From Callorhinchus milii (Eukaryota), in the NCBI RefSeq assembly GCF_018977255.1, contig NW_024704743.1, positions 70,124,001-70,188,000 on the forward strand: a stretch of 64,000 nt of DNA, written 5' to 3'. Each line of letters opens with the position of its first letter. Positions within the stretch are counted from its first letter, which is position 1. Of this stretch, positions 11,660 to 26,183 are shown piece by piece. A model generated the notes under the pieces. It made no database searches and had not been told where the DNA came from. It saw nothing but the letters and a program-made list of their open reading frames with translations. A program made the translations under genes and the position numbers.

Positions 11660-12150
11660 ACCAACTCTTATCTTACACCAAATGCTGTGAAATTCCTTAT
11701 CCACACCTTTGTCACCTCACACCTTGATTTCTTAAACCTACTCCTCACTGGTCCCCAGGTCTACGCTCCACAAAGCCTGTATCCTCACATATACACCAAA
11801 CTGGACGCCCATCATACCAATCCTTGTCAGGCTCTGCTAGCTCCACTCTCCAAATGAGTCGACTTCAAGATCCTCACCTTTAAATGCAAATCCCTTCAAA
11901 CCCTAGCACATCCCTACCTCTCTGTCTTACTTGTACCCCTCTGTTCCATCCCGATGCATGTCCCCCTAACCCTAATCAGTGGTGGTGCTTTCAGCCACTA
12001 ACTTCCTAATCTCTGGATCTACCACCACATTGCACCCCCACCCTCTTTATCTATCTTATAATCCACCTGAAAATCTACCTCTTTGACCGTGCCTATGGTA
12101 ATCTCACCCTCCTTCCTTCCTTCTTCATGTCCACATCTTGGAGACACAGG
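11660..12150 (+). mobile_element. Old L2 3' fragment
   Basis: Translates to YLTPNAVKFLIHTFVTSHLDF; also contains cacctgaaaatctacctctttgaccgtgcc. Confidence 0.75.
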
Positions 12151-12609
12151 ATTACCCATTGAGTAAAGGTTCCATCAGTTGGAGGTGCAGAACTTGAGTA
12201 GCAGCTGCTTGACTCCCTGCAAACCGTGGATTCCAAGCCCTGGATATATGAACTTGTGTTCACGTACCCAGATTCCAGATAATGCCTTCTAGAAGTTGTT
12301 GTTCCGAGCCTCAGTTTCCTCTTTAGCTTTCTGATGGCCATTTGTCTTCAGCATGTTGGAAATCGAAATAACTAATATTTAAACTAAAGAAACAGAAAGC
12401 ATCTTCAGATCCAATTTTTCTGAATGCCTGTCATGCGCACATGTGGATAAATCATTTGTGACAGCATGAAAACTAGTTTTTCTGGGGATGATAGGAATGT
12501 TGGATGTATACAGTTTGTTTTTATATGTACTTGTAAATATTTGGGAACCTTATTGTTGCCTGCTAATTGACCAAAAGACCTGTAATTTGTTAATATCATG
12601 ATTCATTAT

Positions 12610-12931
12610 AATAATAATAATAATAATCCTTGCATTTGATATAGCGCTTTTCACATCGGGAGGACGTCCCAAAGCGCTTCACAGAATACACTGTAAAGTG
12701 AATTGACTGTATATTTGTGGGCAAACGCGGCAGCCAATTGCGCACAGCAATGTCCCACAAACAGTCGTAGATTGAAAATGACCAATTTATTATTGTTTTT
12801 AGTTTTGGAGGGATTATTATTAGGCGTGTGGAGTAAGGAAACTTGCCCAAGGTTTCGCCCTCTGCCTGGAATTGAACTCAGGTCTCTCACTTGCAAAGCA
12901 AGTGCTCTAACCACTGAGCCACAGGATTCCA
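12610..12931 (-). mobile_element. Full-length young Deu-type SINE
   Basis: tRNA head, short-form body and (TTA)n tail are all present. Confidence 0.95.
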
Positions 12932-13974
12932 CGAGTATAAGTGCATGACAAAATTTGCCAGTGTATCTGCAGATTGTATTTGTGAACATGTGGAAGTGTT
13001 TTGACCTACAAATCTACATACAAAACTTATTTAGAAAAGCGCTGCAGCAGAAGACTGCTTAGATTGCCAATACTAAATCTTCTAAGTGCAATATTAAACT
13101 CTTGCAATCGATTGCCTACTCCATTCCCATTGTGTTTCTTCAGTAGCAATTCTGAAAAAGCAGATCATAAATTCTTTTTAAGCTTCTGAATGAATGGCCA
13201 ACACAGCATCTCAATGGAGTCTCACAAGAGCCATGCACTCTCATTTTGTACAGTAACACCTGCTACTTGCACACAAACAGTCGTTAACTTTACTCCTTTC
13301 CGAAACACTTAAATATAATAATTTGGTAAGCATGCAAGTGCTAGATACTAAATTTGGGCTTTAGTTATCAGTAAGAAACATATTTTTCAGGATAATTTAT
13401 TTTACTGTCAAATGTGGGGCCATTGGGTATCTAATGGGTACCAATATTATTGTACTGTAAACCTACGAAAAATATTAGTGAAGACGTTTTCTGAGTTACT
13501 CAGCACGAGTTTGTAAGTCAACAGGGAGCAAGGTGAAACTAATCTACAAAGGTCTTCATGAAAAATAATTGTATAATATAAAGCTTCAGAAAGAAGGGAC
13601 CCTATTTTGTCTGGTCTGAAGCTCCTTCAGATCCCTTATCAATGGATTTTAATTCTGCCTGAGAAAACATATATTTTTATTTTATAGAACAATAGTAATT
13701 TAGTATTTCAGCATGTGCTCGACTCAATTTGTGTTTTCATTTATAGTGGAGTAGAAAGTGGAACATAATTCTTAGGATAAACTGCAATCGTGTTTTCCAC
13801 TACTGATTATTCACCTTTTCCTATAAATTTCCCTATAAATATTCCTGCAAATACAGGAATGTAGCTTTTTAAAAAAATCAATAAAATCAGTAGGTTTGGA
13901 TAGGGTTGCACATTGTGTTTGGGGAATCTCAACTCACTTCCTGCTAGTGAAGACTCAGAGCACACATATACATT

Positions 13975-14200
13975 TATATTTATAGCATTTATATAGCCCC
14001 TTTCACGTGGGATAACGTCTTGGGGCTCTGTATCGTGGTGGGCTTGGAAACACTGAACAAGGAAGGAGGAGAGGTGACCACAGGCACAGTCAAAGAGGTA
14101 CATCTTCAGGTGGGATTTAATGATAAGAGGGGGGAAAACGGAGGGATTGAGGCAGAATGTTCTAGAGATTAGGACCACAGTGGCTGAAGGCATAGAGGGA
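13975..14200 (-). mobile_element. Old L2 3' end
   Basis: Translates to IKSHLKMYLFDCAC; tail atagcccctttcacgtgg. Confidence 0.65.
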
Positions 14201-14224
14201 ATCATGAGGCTAAACTGTATAGCT

Positions 14225-14345
14225 TGTCATTGAAAGCCTCGTCTAGGTTCCCACTATTGTCCAGCTGGGACCACCCTCCCCATTAGGGCTTTGGGTTGAA
14301 GGGTTACAGGAGCTGAGTTGGTAGAATCCCCACCCCTCCAAATCC
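14225..14345 (+). repeat. Unclassified dispersed repeat, copy 2
   Basis: ttcccactattgtccagctgggaccacc...ggctttgggttgaagggttacagg aligns with the reverse complement of 11220-11310. Confidence 0.5.
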
Positions 14346-14360
14346 TATTGAATCCTATTG

Positions 14361-15010
14361 CAAGTAAAAAAAAGCCTTGAAAAGGCTAATTCAGGGGTAT
14401 TGAATTAAAACAGCAATAAATTGATGTTAAATTTATACAAAACATTGGTTAGAGCAAAAATGGAATACTGCATGCAATTCTGGACATCTTATTACAGAAT
14501 GCATATCAGAGCCAAGGAAGGGGCACAACATAGGTTCACCTAAATGGCACTTGAGATGAAGGGTTATAGTAATGAGAAGAGGCTTGAAAAATATGTAGGA
14601 CTATTTCTCCTGACCCAGAGGATAAGAGTGGATCTAATTTAAGTCTTCCAAAATTCTGAAAGCTTTTGAGAGAACAGATAGTGAGCAATTGATTATTCCT
14701 GCCGCTTGGTAAATCAGTAATGAGGGAGAATATAACTGCTCCCTCATTACTGATTTACCAGGTAATAAATGGTAATGGGGGAAGAGAGGAGGAGTTTAGA
14801 AAGATCTTTTTTCATATAGAGGGTTATTGGAAAACAGAATGCTGTGCGAAAAGTATCTATTAAGACCGAAACCTTCAATAAAATGTAAATGGAATTGCAT
14901 AAACATTTGAGGAAGAAAAACATAAAAGGGTATAGGGAATTGCGATTGGAGTAGTTAGCTGCAATGGATCATATAGTACCAGTTTAGGTTCAAGAGGTCA
15001 AGTGGACTAG
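14361..15010 (+). mobile_element. Old CR1 3' fragment
   Basis: tttatacaaaacattggttagagcaaaaatggaatactgcatgcaattctgg translates to an LYKTLVR..EYC.QFW-type CR1 ORF2 motif. Confidence 0.75.
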
Positions 15011-16803
15011 TCTTAAGATGTAATTTCTACAATTCTATGCAAATTCATTATGAAAATAATGGTGGAAACACATGAATGAGGGGAAATGCATTCATACTTC
15101 CAAAGAATAAAAGATACATTGTACAATGTTCCTCCACTAGAAAAAAATAGGCATGTGAAATTATGTAAATAACTGTATGTGTACATTATTCCAAGAGCAG
15201 CCTGAAAGAATATTTTCAACAGTTGGACTAGCTGACATAACACACTCATGGCTATAGATTGTGTTGTGCCGGCAGGCCATTTGATTTTAGCATTTTATAT
15301 CAACCTCTTCTCTTAACCTTTTTAGATTGGAGCAAAACACAGCTCAAAATTCTGTAGTATGGGGAAGGGAACAGAAACACCAACACCATGAGATTCAATA
15401 AGCTAAGAGCTTCAGTAATCATTGAGATTTCTTACAATAATCCTTGTGTTTGGTATGCCCCCTAAAATGTCAAAAGATTTCAAAGCACTTCACAAGTAAT
15501 TGTTGTGTTTTTGCAGACAAATATATTAAATTAATTGGAAGGTAAGTGTTTATGAAGTATTTTAATTGGGCCATTTTAATTCCACTGGATCTCCTCTACA
15601 ATGTCATTAGAAACTTTTCAAAGTATTAAAAGATAAATTATGTTAAAAAGTACAACAGGAAACATTACAAGTTAACATAGTGTGAAAGTGCCAAAAAGGT
15701 CCACCCTATTCTAATATCAATTATGCATGTTTGTCTTATGGGAGCTTGCTTACGTGCATATTAAGACTTGTACACCAATTCCCCACTGTTTTATGCCAAA
15801 TAGGCATGTTAATGAATCATGATTTTATGGATCTCCTTTGATGCATTTTATTATAGTAGGGCATGATTCAGTTAAATGGGCTAAACATAATCCAGGAAAA
15901 ATAACTCCTGAATCACATTTTATTTTTGATTAATGAAAAACCAAAGGGTCTCTGCCAGTGTAAAGAAAAAATGCATGCATATTTTTAAAGATGCAAATAC
16001 AAGTTATGATAATGTACATTCCATTCATGCCCACAAAACTGATGATTTAAGTAAAACGATTTTCTTGAAGTCTGAAGTGAACCAGCCTTTATTTGACATA
16101 TTTGTATATTGTATTGCTATCTAAAGGTGTTTGTGTGTTACATTAAAATATGAACTTTATTTACAGTGAATATATCTGCAATAATAATTACACACTCAGG
16201 TGAAGTGTTGTAGCAATCAACAATCATCAGTAGACAAAAAATATGAGTTTGGGTCAATTTGCAACATTCTTGACATTGAGTCAGAATATTTGAATGAAAT
16301 ATTATACCAAGATCCTATCTGGTAGTTCTGGTGGATGGTAAAGAAACTAATGTTCTATTTTGAGGAAAAGAAGGGAAGCTCTCCCATGTGCAAATTCAAC
16401 AAGAAACAGGTGATGTCACTTACCTCACTGCTCTTGGCCCACATTAACTGCCCCTTTTGAGCATGTCACTTCTAAGTTACAAATTAAGGGCCATACTTGG
16501 AAATATGAAGTGCAAGAATTGTTTTTATTATACAGTGATCAAAAGTAAATGAAACCTACGGAATTAATGGTTTAAGCTCTTTAAGAATAGTTTTGAGTAT
16601 TTTAATCCGAGATTCAGATGACAATTTCAAATGCAGAGCTTCTTATAAGGTTTATGAACTTACATTTGCACATTTCATTCACTCCCAAGTACTTGCAATT
16701 TTAAAATAAAACAAACCCTCCCTTTTTGGCTTTTTCCTGACAAATGCAAAAAAAAATGAAATGATCCATATATAAAAACAATGTGTACATCACACTGCCA
16801 GTT

Positions 16804-17170
16804 ATAATAATACTCATTGCATCTGATATAGCACCTTATCACATCTTCGAGACATCTGAAAGCACTTCACAGAATAAAATGAATTGGTTGTATATTTTGT
16901 GGGAGAAACGTGGCCGTCAATTGTGCAGAGTGTCCCACAAACAGTCGTGGATTAAGTGACTAAATTATTATCATTGCTTTATTTGTTTGAATGGATTATT
17001 AACTCCGGAAAAACTATACACTAATCAACTAACGGGTTCCTACTTACTGCTAGGTAAGCGGAGGCTTGTGGAGTAAGGAAATTGCCCAACGTTTCGCCTT
17101 GCCCAGGAATCAAACCCAGGTCCTCTCACTTGCGAGGCGAGTGCTTTAACCACTAAGCTACAGGACTCCA
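16804..17170 (-). mobile_element. Deu-type SINE, long form
   Basis: Head, internal cctacttactgctaggtaa block, Deu core and tail are present. Confidence 0.9.
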
Positions 17171-17379
17171 TAAGCAGTAAAGCTGAAAAAAATTGCATTT
17201 GTTTTTCACAACATTTAAGCTGCACTCAATTAAAATTAGCATCACATTACAAAAAAAAGTTAGACCTGACACACTAAGTGGACAGACTATGCTAGAATTT
17301 CCCTCCATCAAGTGCAGATTGGAAAGCTCTTCCTAAAATTTCTTTACTTTAGCTCCTGTATTTTTAAATTGAACAACAT

Positions 17380-17595
17380 CAAAATCAACAATTACTTGCA
17401 TTTATATTGCTGCCTTCAAACGAACAGCGTCAGAGTGCTTAACAGAGCTTTATGTTTAACCGGAATGAGGAGGAAGGTGACCGAATGCAAGGTCGAATAG
17501 GAAAGTCTTCACATGTGATTTGAAGACAGGCAGATAGGGAGCAAGACGGAGGAGTGAGGCAAGGAGTTCCAGAGATTCTGGGCACAGCGGCTGAT
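17380..17595 (-). mobile_element. Older L2 3' end
   Basis: Similar to 1250-1520 (ggaaagtcttcacatgtgatttgaagacagg). Confidence 0.65.
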
Positions 17596-18716
17596 TAATT
17601 TACTGTTACTTTTAATATAAAACAGTTACATAGTGGGGTTTAATATCTAATAATCGCAAACTGGATTTATTGTGTTAATCTAGAGTTGCATAGAAAATTA
17701 AATCACAAAAAAGACTATTTGGCCCAACTAGTCCATGCCGGTGTTTATATTTATAATTCACTGTCCCCTTCTCACTTGTGTTTCCTCTTCAATGTGTTAA
17801 TGATTGTGAATATTAGATTCCAAAATTCACAGCGCTAAATCTCAAAATGAGTTTGCGAGTTTCAAGCACTCTGAGACACTATTCGTGCAAAAGACGCTAT
17901 ATAAGTAAGTGCGAGCAATTGGCTGCCGCGTTACACCCAAAAAATACACATTCATTCCACTTTACAGTATATCTTGTGAAGTGTTTTGAGACGTAGTTTA
18001 GGATTTGTGATTTTCGCCACTATAACTTTTCCTAGTCCTATATTCGCACAATTATCACAATGAATCCAGTTTGTGCACATCAGATTTTAAAATGCAATAT
18101 CTTTAAATACACCTTAAATTAACAGATTAAAAGTATTTGAACCCAGCATTATGTTCAAACCAAAAAAAACCTTTAAACTCTGCTGAGTAATCTGCTTCAT
18201 ATGAGAATCTTTAGTATCAAAAACAAATGCTGCTAGTGCTTTTTGAGGGTTAAACCATTTGTTTGACAAAACTTCAACATTTTGAATTTTTTAAAAAAAA
18301 TGTGGTCACTACCGATAGTTGTTAGCAACTCCTGTTTTTAAATGAGTTTGGATTTTACATTTGCCTCAGTTATACACTAGGAAGCTATACGGCACTGTTT
18401 CTGGTAAAAGAGGAACATGAGTGGTAGGTTTCTGAGCTACATACTTGCTCATAACATACTATTTAAAAAAAAACTATTTAAAACTGATTTAATTGAACTG
18501 TACTCACACAAACCACGGTATTGGCAGGAGCCTTTTTTTTCAATTTTTTGATGGATGACAAACCACTGGCAGCAGGATAGCATCTACATCAATGTTACAC
18601 CAGTTTCAGGTAAACTATAGCCAGTGAGCAATAATTTGAAACCAATACTACCTCTTGAAAAGCAATTCCATGCCAGATTGGCCATCCCCATCTGAAAACA
18701 CTGTTATGTTATACTT

Positions 18717-19090
18717 AGAATCCTATAGCTCAGTGGTTAGAGCACTCACCTCACAAGCAAGAGGATCCAGGTTTGATTCCCGGACAGGGCGAAACCTTAC
18801 GCAAGTTTCCTTACTCCGCACGCCTCACAGCACCAAGCAGTAAGTAGGAACCGTGTTTTTAGACGAGTGGGGGATCGCTTTTCTGGGGATAATAATCCCT
18901 GAATTTTATTTTAAAAATGTGGTCACTCAATCCACGCTGTGCGCAATTGGCTGCCGCGTTTCGCCCACAAAATATCCAGTCAATTCACTTTACAGTATAT
19001 TCTGTGAAGACTTTGAGACACCTTGAAGACATGATAATGATAATAAGACATGATAAGCTATATCAAATGCAAGAATTATTATTATTATTA
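18717..19090 (+). mobile_element. Deu-type SINE, long form
   Basis: tcctatagctcagtggttagagcactc head, Deu core, (TTA)n tail. Confidence 0.9.
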
Positions 19091-19732
19091 CACTTGTAGC
19101 TTTGATTTAGCAACCATCAAAGTCGAATCAGAACAGCGCAAACTGGAGCACGCCAAGACATTTTGAACTCCCAGTCTCTTGAGAAAGCTGGAACACCATA
19201 GAATACGCACAAGAAACACTAATTATTTGTTGCAATGATTAACCATGTTCCTTCAGTGGGATACCACACACAAACTGAGAGACAACTTTGATATTCAGTA
19301 AGTTATTACTGTTGGCATACATATTATTCAATACAAATGGTAAGTTTATTACCCTTTCAAGTCACATAATGTAGCTAAATGTAACAGCTCTATATGTAGA
19401 AAAATATGAAGATGGTACCAGAAAGCTTGTTTAAGCATTAAATCTTTCAATGTTAACTGAACTTTTATGATGCAAAAAACCATGCTGCTAACCAACAATA
19501 ATATAACTTGTACTGTTCGTAACATTTTCAGCTATTGAAATAAACTTTTTTTAAACAAAATTAAAGCTGTGCACAACAACTTCGTTTTTTGTGAGTCGGA
19601 CCAGAGATAAACTTTCTGCATTCACCTTATATCTGCAGGTTTTAGACGACCCTCTGTAAGGTAAGGTGTTCATTATTAATGAATGAAAATCTTGATGTGA
19701 GAATGTTCTTTTCTAATACACTTTTAAACAAA

Positions 19733-20200
19733 AGTTGGCTCCACCTGGAGTACTGCTTTCAGTTTTGGTCACCTCACTTCAGGGCGGATACTAAGGCCTG
19801 GGGGAGAGGGAGTGCAAAGGAGATTTAAGAGGATGACACCAGGGATGAGAGGCTATAGTTATGAGAGAGAATGGAGAAGTTTGGTCTGTTGAGTGGGGAC
19901 CTGAAAAAGATGTATAAAATTACGAGGGGTTTTGTCAGGGTAAATAGGGAGAAGCTATTTCCACTAGTAGGAGAGTCAGTGATTAGAGGACATGGATATA
20001 ACAGGTGATCTTATGAAAGAGTTGTTGGGGATAGAATACCCTGTCAACTAAGAGGGTAGAAGCAGAATCCATCTTGGGTTTCAAGAGGGAAGTAAACAGG
20101 TATCAGAAATAAAAAAGCTTTATGAGGACAGGTCTGGAACTGAATGGATAGCTTGCTCTGAAAGCTGCATGGCCTCATGTACTGTAAAAGCAAGTCTATG
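19733..20200 (+). mobile_element. Old CR1 3' fragment
   Basis: ccacctggagtactgctttcagttttggtcacctcac translates to HLEYCFQFWSPH. Confidence 0.75.
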
Positions 20201-21430
20201 GTTCATTCATTCTAACAAATTGCTAAATAAAAATCTTTGATTCTAAAAAACCTAATGGCGTTGATCTGAACAATATCTTAACAGGCTTTTTGAGAGAGGA
20301 ACCCAGGTTCTGATTGTGTTGCATTTGTGAAAATGGAAGGGGAAGAAATATATCTAATCATAGCAGTGTAATTCTAATCAACAACGAGAGTATTTTTGTC
20401 AGAGGCTTGAGAAATATTTTTCTTGAGAACAATTTTCTCATGTTCATACAGCTAGTCATAGTCACTAACCATTCAAAGACTGGATGATGATACTTGATTG
20501 TTGTTATAAAACAAAACTAGTCAATGTGTCTACTGTAGATGTATATTAATAAGTAACTAACTGTGCAAATTAGGCAACACCTTCAGTATTCAGCTCAAAT
20601 TCCTGTGGGAGTTAGCCACACAAAAAAGTACTCAAATATGACTGACTGCTGATGTATAGCAAGCTAATTGTACTCAGTGCTTAAGGGGAACCGAAGTAGC
20701 ATCTCAGCAACAATTTACATGATATTACCCAAATTGACAACTCGCATCAGATCAAAGACATGATTTAAAATATTCAAAGGAAAAGGGGCTTAGATAGTTA
20801 GCAGTACTTACCCAAGAGTCCAAATACATAAAATGACTTTAATTTGGCATAAGAAAATGTTTGATCACACATTGTAGATACAAACATTTTCATCCTTTCC
20901 AAATTTAACCTACAGGTTAAATATCAATAGTGCTTGGACTAATTTAAGTGAGCAGCACTCTGCCTAAATGACTGAAATGTGAGAGGAGACCTATACTTAA
21001 TCTGGTCAGAAATGGAGTGATGAGAAGTTTTTATCCTGACAGGTGAATATACTGAGTCCTGTGCTTATCCCAGATTGACTCTCAGATTTTTAAAGGGACT
21101 CCCCTATCTTTATGTGGAAAAGACATCTTTAAGAAGCTGGTCTCTCAGTCACTCCACTTAAATAATCTTTGGGAGGAATGAACAATTTGAAATTCTCTTT
21201 CAGGACAACAGAGGACAAAATACTATCAGTCAGATTTCGCTATGGTGCTTTAAGGGAAACGGGAGCTAAATTCAGAGACTTCTTGTCTTTAGAATGCTCC
21301 TCCTAGCAAATGAAAGCCATGTAAAGCCTTTTGCAAAGTTTATAACAGGCTTCACATTTCTGGAAGTCAAGCCATAATAGAAGACAGCACAAACAAGATT
21401 GGTGTTTCGGTTTACTAGAAATGATTTGTA

Positions 21431-21836
21431 ATGATTGAGATATTTAAGATGATAAAGAAATTTGATAGAGTAGATACAAGGAAGCTATATCCTCTGTTGG
21501 GGGAATCCAAAACAAGGGGGCATAGTCTTAAAATTAGAACCAGGCCATTTAAGAATGAAATCAGGAAGCGTTTTTTCACTCAAAGGGTGGTAGAAATCTG
21601 GAATTTTCTCCCCCAAAAGGCCGTGGATGCTGAATCCATCCACACCTTCAAGAGTGAGGTTGATAGATTTTTAGTAGGTCAGGGTATTAAGGGATGGGGA
21701 GAAAGGGGGAAATTGGAATTGAAAGGATTAATTGAGGTGCATTAATTGAGGTACAGCCATGATCTAATTAAATGGCAGAACAAGCTCGAAGGGCTGAATG
21801 GCCTCCTCCTGTTCCTATATTCTTATGTTCCTATGA
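21431..21836 (+). mobile_element. CR1 LINE 3' end
   Basis: Translates to IEIFKMIKKFDRVD...TRGHSLKI...RFFTQRVVEIWNFLP; tail ttcttatgttcctatg; similar to the 2270 copy. Confidence 0.92.
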
Positions 21837-24800
21837 CATTCAAGCTAAATTTTGAAACCAGCTGGTATTGCCCAAAAGCCAAATGTAAGTTGATTGGTGT
21901 TGAACTGATTGATTAGATAAGAATTGGATCATGGCTGCTGTAGATTTTCCTGCTTCTTGACACAAAGTTTTAACAATGAAAAATGCTATGTCACAATAAA
22001 ACTATATTGTAAAAAAACATATGATATTTTAATATGCACCATACTGAAGACCAGGTTGGACATATTGGAAATTAGGGAATAGGACAGTTTAGATTTTTCT
22101 GTCAACGTATTAAAGGAGTTTCCAAAAATGACAATTACTTGCACCGATTCATCTAAACAGTCAACAGAAGGAAGCAATTTGTATTAATTTAAATAACAAC
22201 GCTTTTATCAATCTTTTAAAAATACAGAATTGACACCACTCTTCATATCATGGGGATAAAAGTAAATTTACAATTCCTATTTGATTTTCTTGTCCTTATT
22301 TTGCAGTAATCACAGATTTGCATGTGGTGAGGCGATTCACCAATGCTCTATTGTTTGAAACTTTCTTTGTTCACCTTAATTTTTTTAAAATCTAAAGAAT
22401 TGTCACTGTTTTTTGAAATGATTTGAGCTCAAACTGAGATTAGAATACTCTTTGAGGTTTGCCCAAATTGTTCACTCAAGTCATCAGCTCAGTCCAAAAT
22501 TTGATCTTGATTCATATCATATTCTATAACTTTCCTGTGAACTCAGCAGTGATATGTAAATTGCAACATTGCAGCCAATAATTGAAGAACATAACACAGA
22601 TGAAACCTGTTTTCAGGCAGTGCTTCTGTGTTTGCAAAGTCGCCGACAACATCACTGGAGCAAGCTGCACAGGCAGAAAGCCACCAGCCTTGCAATATAT
22701 CATCAAAGGCATGAGCAAAATGTATGCGTTGTCACAATACTGGAGCTGTTTTCGCAAGAATCAGATTTTCTATGCTTTTACATCACAAAATATCAGGGTC
22801 TATTACCTAACACCTTATAAGTGAGATAGCGCAATAATGAAGGACATTTTAGCAGGATCCCCCTGTATCTTGGAAAGAAAAACAAATATAATTGTTGCTA
22901 GCCCTGTAAATCTAGAAAGAACATCCAAGCTCAGTATTGTTTAAAGCAAAAATTCCTTTATATACATTCTTCCACCTGAAAGTTGTGATTTATCTTCAAG
23001 AGCCAGTCCCATAATTGGGTTTTTGCTAAGTAATTTATGCTGTCCCAAAAATGAGCAGGGAATGAGCCATATCAAAACAATTGTTTGCACATACATAGCT
23101 GCTTTCATTTGGGGTGAACGCCTCACACCACTTCTCAAAGACTATGGTGATCACCAAGTGGGAAGGAAGGATGGGCAAAGTGAGGCACAAGGATATATTT
23201 TTAAGCAATAAAGTGACATTTTCTGGATAAACTCAGAAGGTTGCAAGGATTTTGATTAGTGTTATGAACAGAGATGCTGATCTCACTATTAAGTCTTAAA
23301 AGGTTTGATTTTAAAATGTTCGAAACAGCACAATGTTGTAAGAATTAAAAGCTTTGTGGATACAGGGCATTGCTTTCAATATTTAGAGATTTAATAGCTT
23401 TACTTTGTTAACTCATTAATCACGTTGATGTGGCTGAAAGAAAGAAATATTTCAAAATGCTATTTAAGAAACTGGTTGGCTTTGCAAGTTAGAACACTCA
23501 TTTTACTTTTGGGACTTAAAGAGTTGAATCAGTAAATTTATTTATAAGATCATCTCATTTGACAGGACCCTCAAAAGCCTTGAGATTTGGTTGAATATAG
23601 GAATTGAAACTCTTTGGATACCAGACAGTTGCTCATTATGAACTAATGACTGCAGCTAGTCAAATTCAAATGTCAGAATCAACCCTTAAAACCTTACCTC
23701 ACATCACTTTTTCATTCATTCCGTTAGACGTCTATAAGCTAACTTAGAAACCTAAGCCTAATCACTAAGTCTAAATCTAATCTGAATACAAAGATTCTGA
23801 ATTCTTACAGTTTAGACACTTAATCTGTTGCAAAGACATTTTTGTCATTCAAACATTAGTATGCAGGTTAACAATAAAGCTGTGACTTGAATATTTTACT
23901 TTTTTTCATCGCAGAAAAACAATTGAAGTGATTGGCAGTTTTATAGACCAATATTGTAGAATTTTTGTCTGATTAAACCAACATCTTTCTAGGAAAGTTA
24001 TGGCAAAGATAGGCCATGATTGAGAATGGGAAGGAGCTGCGCATCACAAGAGGCAGGGTAATGAGTGTCGATGTGCTTTACATTGTGTCTCTATTACAAA
24101 CAAATATTTGCTCAAGAATTTGGATGAAGATCTTTAAATTGGATATTTAATTCAAATCTTCCGAGGGGACTTAAAAGTTCAAAATTAAAAAGCAAATTAA
24201 AACATTATTTGCATTAAACTAATTATCTGAATTATGTATTTATTTGCCATCACAAACTTATAAAACAATCTACAAAACAAGCAGTTTTGTGACTGTACTT
24301 CCATGACATCAATATTATACATTATAGACTGTAAATACAACACATAGGATAAATATCCAATTCAATGAGTAGGTATAAAGCAATAGCATCACAACACAAA
24401 TTAAGTGACAGTAATTGTTTTTTTATATTCAATGAGCCTGGCAGAGGTTATAAACAAGTCTGAGCTAGTCTTTGAAGAATGAGACTGAATATCTGATGCA
24501 TTGTCCCATTTCAGTATTGGGCAATAAAACGGTAACAACAGATTGTGTTACCACTTATTCTGCGCAACTTGAGAATAAAACTGTGCATCTGATTAGTTTG
24601 CCATTTTTCACAATATATCACGTCAGTTATGAATACAAGTGCGTGTACAACAAGCTAAATTCTGAAAGCATTAAAATGCTAACAGCAGGAAGTCGAGCTA
24701 CTTGAGTAGCATTTCAAACTACTTGCCACCATGATAAATGGATGAAAGTCATTGTGAACAACAGCCCTGCTATGGATTTGTGAGGTAAATCACACAACTG

Positions 24801-24852
24801 CAGCTTTTCAGAGAAACATTCCTATTCGTAAAAACAACTGACATTTTGTTAA

Positions 24853-25032
24853 AATAATAATAAACTGGTCACTTCAATCCACGATTGTTTGTGGTATACT
24901 GATTTGCGCAATTGGCTGCTGCATTTCACCCGCAAAATATACAGTCAATTCACTTTACAGTATATTCTGTGAAGCGCTTTGAGACGTCTCAAAGATGCGA
25001 TAATGCGCTATATCAAATGCAAGGATTATTAT
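24853..25032 (+). mobile_element. SINE 3' half
   Basis: Deu core followed by the gagacgtctcaaagatgcgataa tail. Confidence 0.85.
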
Positions 25033-26183
25033 AGTATTATAATACTATGTCCTAATACAATAACAATAAAATATCCTAAACTACAATGATAACTTGTTTT
25101 CCTTTAAACTCTGGAAAATATATTTTTTTAAATCTACAGGAATTATGTTCTGTTTTTTTTTCTTTTCTGTTTATATTCTGTAGATTTACTGCACTATGAA
25201 TAGTTTCATTTCTGGAGAAAAATTAAACAGTATTCACACACGGGCACATTTGAGAAAAGAATCACTTTTTAAAAACTGTGAAAAACCTGCTTTCAAATTA
25301 AGATTTAATTAAACAATCTGTACAATTTTAAATATTAAGATAATGGTGTTAAGACTAGACCATGGAGTGTTCAAGGACAGATGAGGATAGCATCAAATTT
25401 AGCTGTCAAAGTTCACAAAAACGGCACTTGGGCTGTGGAACAGTAATTTAGTAGATTACATTTTATATTTATATTGTGTATTTCATGTTGAGCAGACATC
25501 TCAAAGTACTTCATAAAGGTGGCAGGGAGCCTGAACTGGGGGAAAAGTGGCCAAAACTGCGGTTGAAAAAATAGTGGAAAGAAAAAAGAATTATAAAAAT
25601 CCTCTAAGAAATAAGAGAATAAAGTCAGTGGAGAAAACTGAGATTTGTTTTTAAAAATATTTTGCCTACTCCTCTTACTCAGATCCACCATATGCCATGC
25701 ACCATATTGACACAGATGCAACACAAGAAATAAAGAGGATGTGTGGCATTTATTACCTGAGTATACCACTTGTTTACTCCTAAACAAAAGGTTTGGTTAT
25801 GAAGTTTTAACGTTAGGTAGGAGCTATTCAGAGCATAGGTTTGGTGGAGGTCACACCAATTTAGCATATGTCAGGTCTGCTCCAACTCACCACTTCAAAC
25901 TGTTACTAGAGAATAGTTCAGCACTATAATAATTTCTTCCTCACGTGCATCGTGTTGAAATCCTTCATACTTCAGGGTCATGATACATTGGTGATTGATT
26001 TGAAGAACATGCCCAGAACATTGGTTTTTAAAACATTATGAACCCCTTTCAACAATGTTTGTTCAGTTAACATTTATTTACATGAAAGATTCATTGGATA
26101 TACAATGTTTACATTATGATGACAAACATTAAATATACATTGGACGTACAGTGTTCACACTAAAATGAGCAGATAACAGATAA

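Noticed and set aside
12596..12989. Recurrent ORFs such as MGKFPYST... and MTVYLWAN... (also at 8504, 8788, 31987, 60412)
   Set aside because: They are chance translations of the same SINE, not a protein family.
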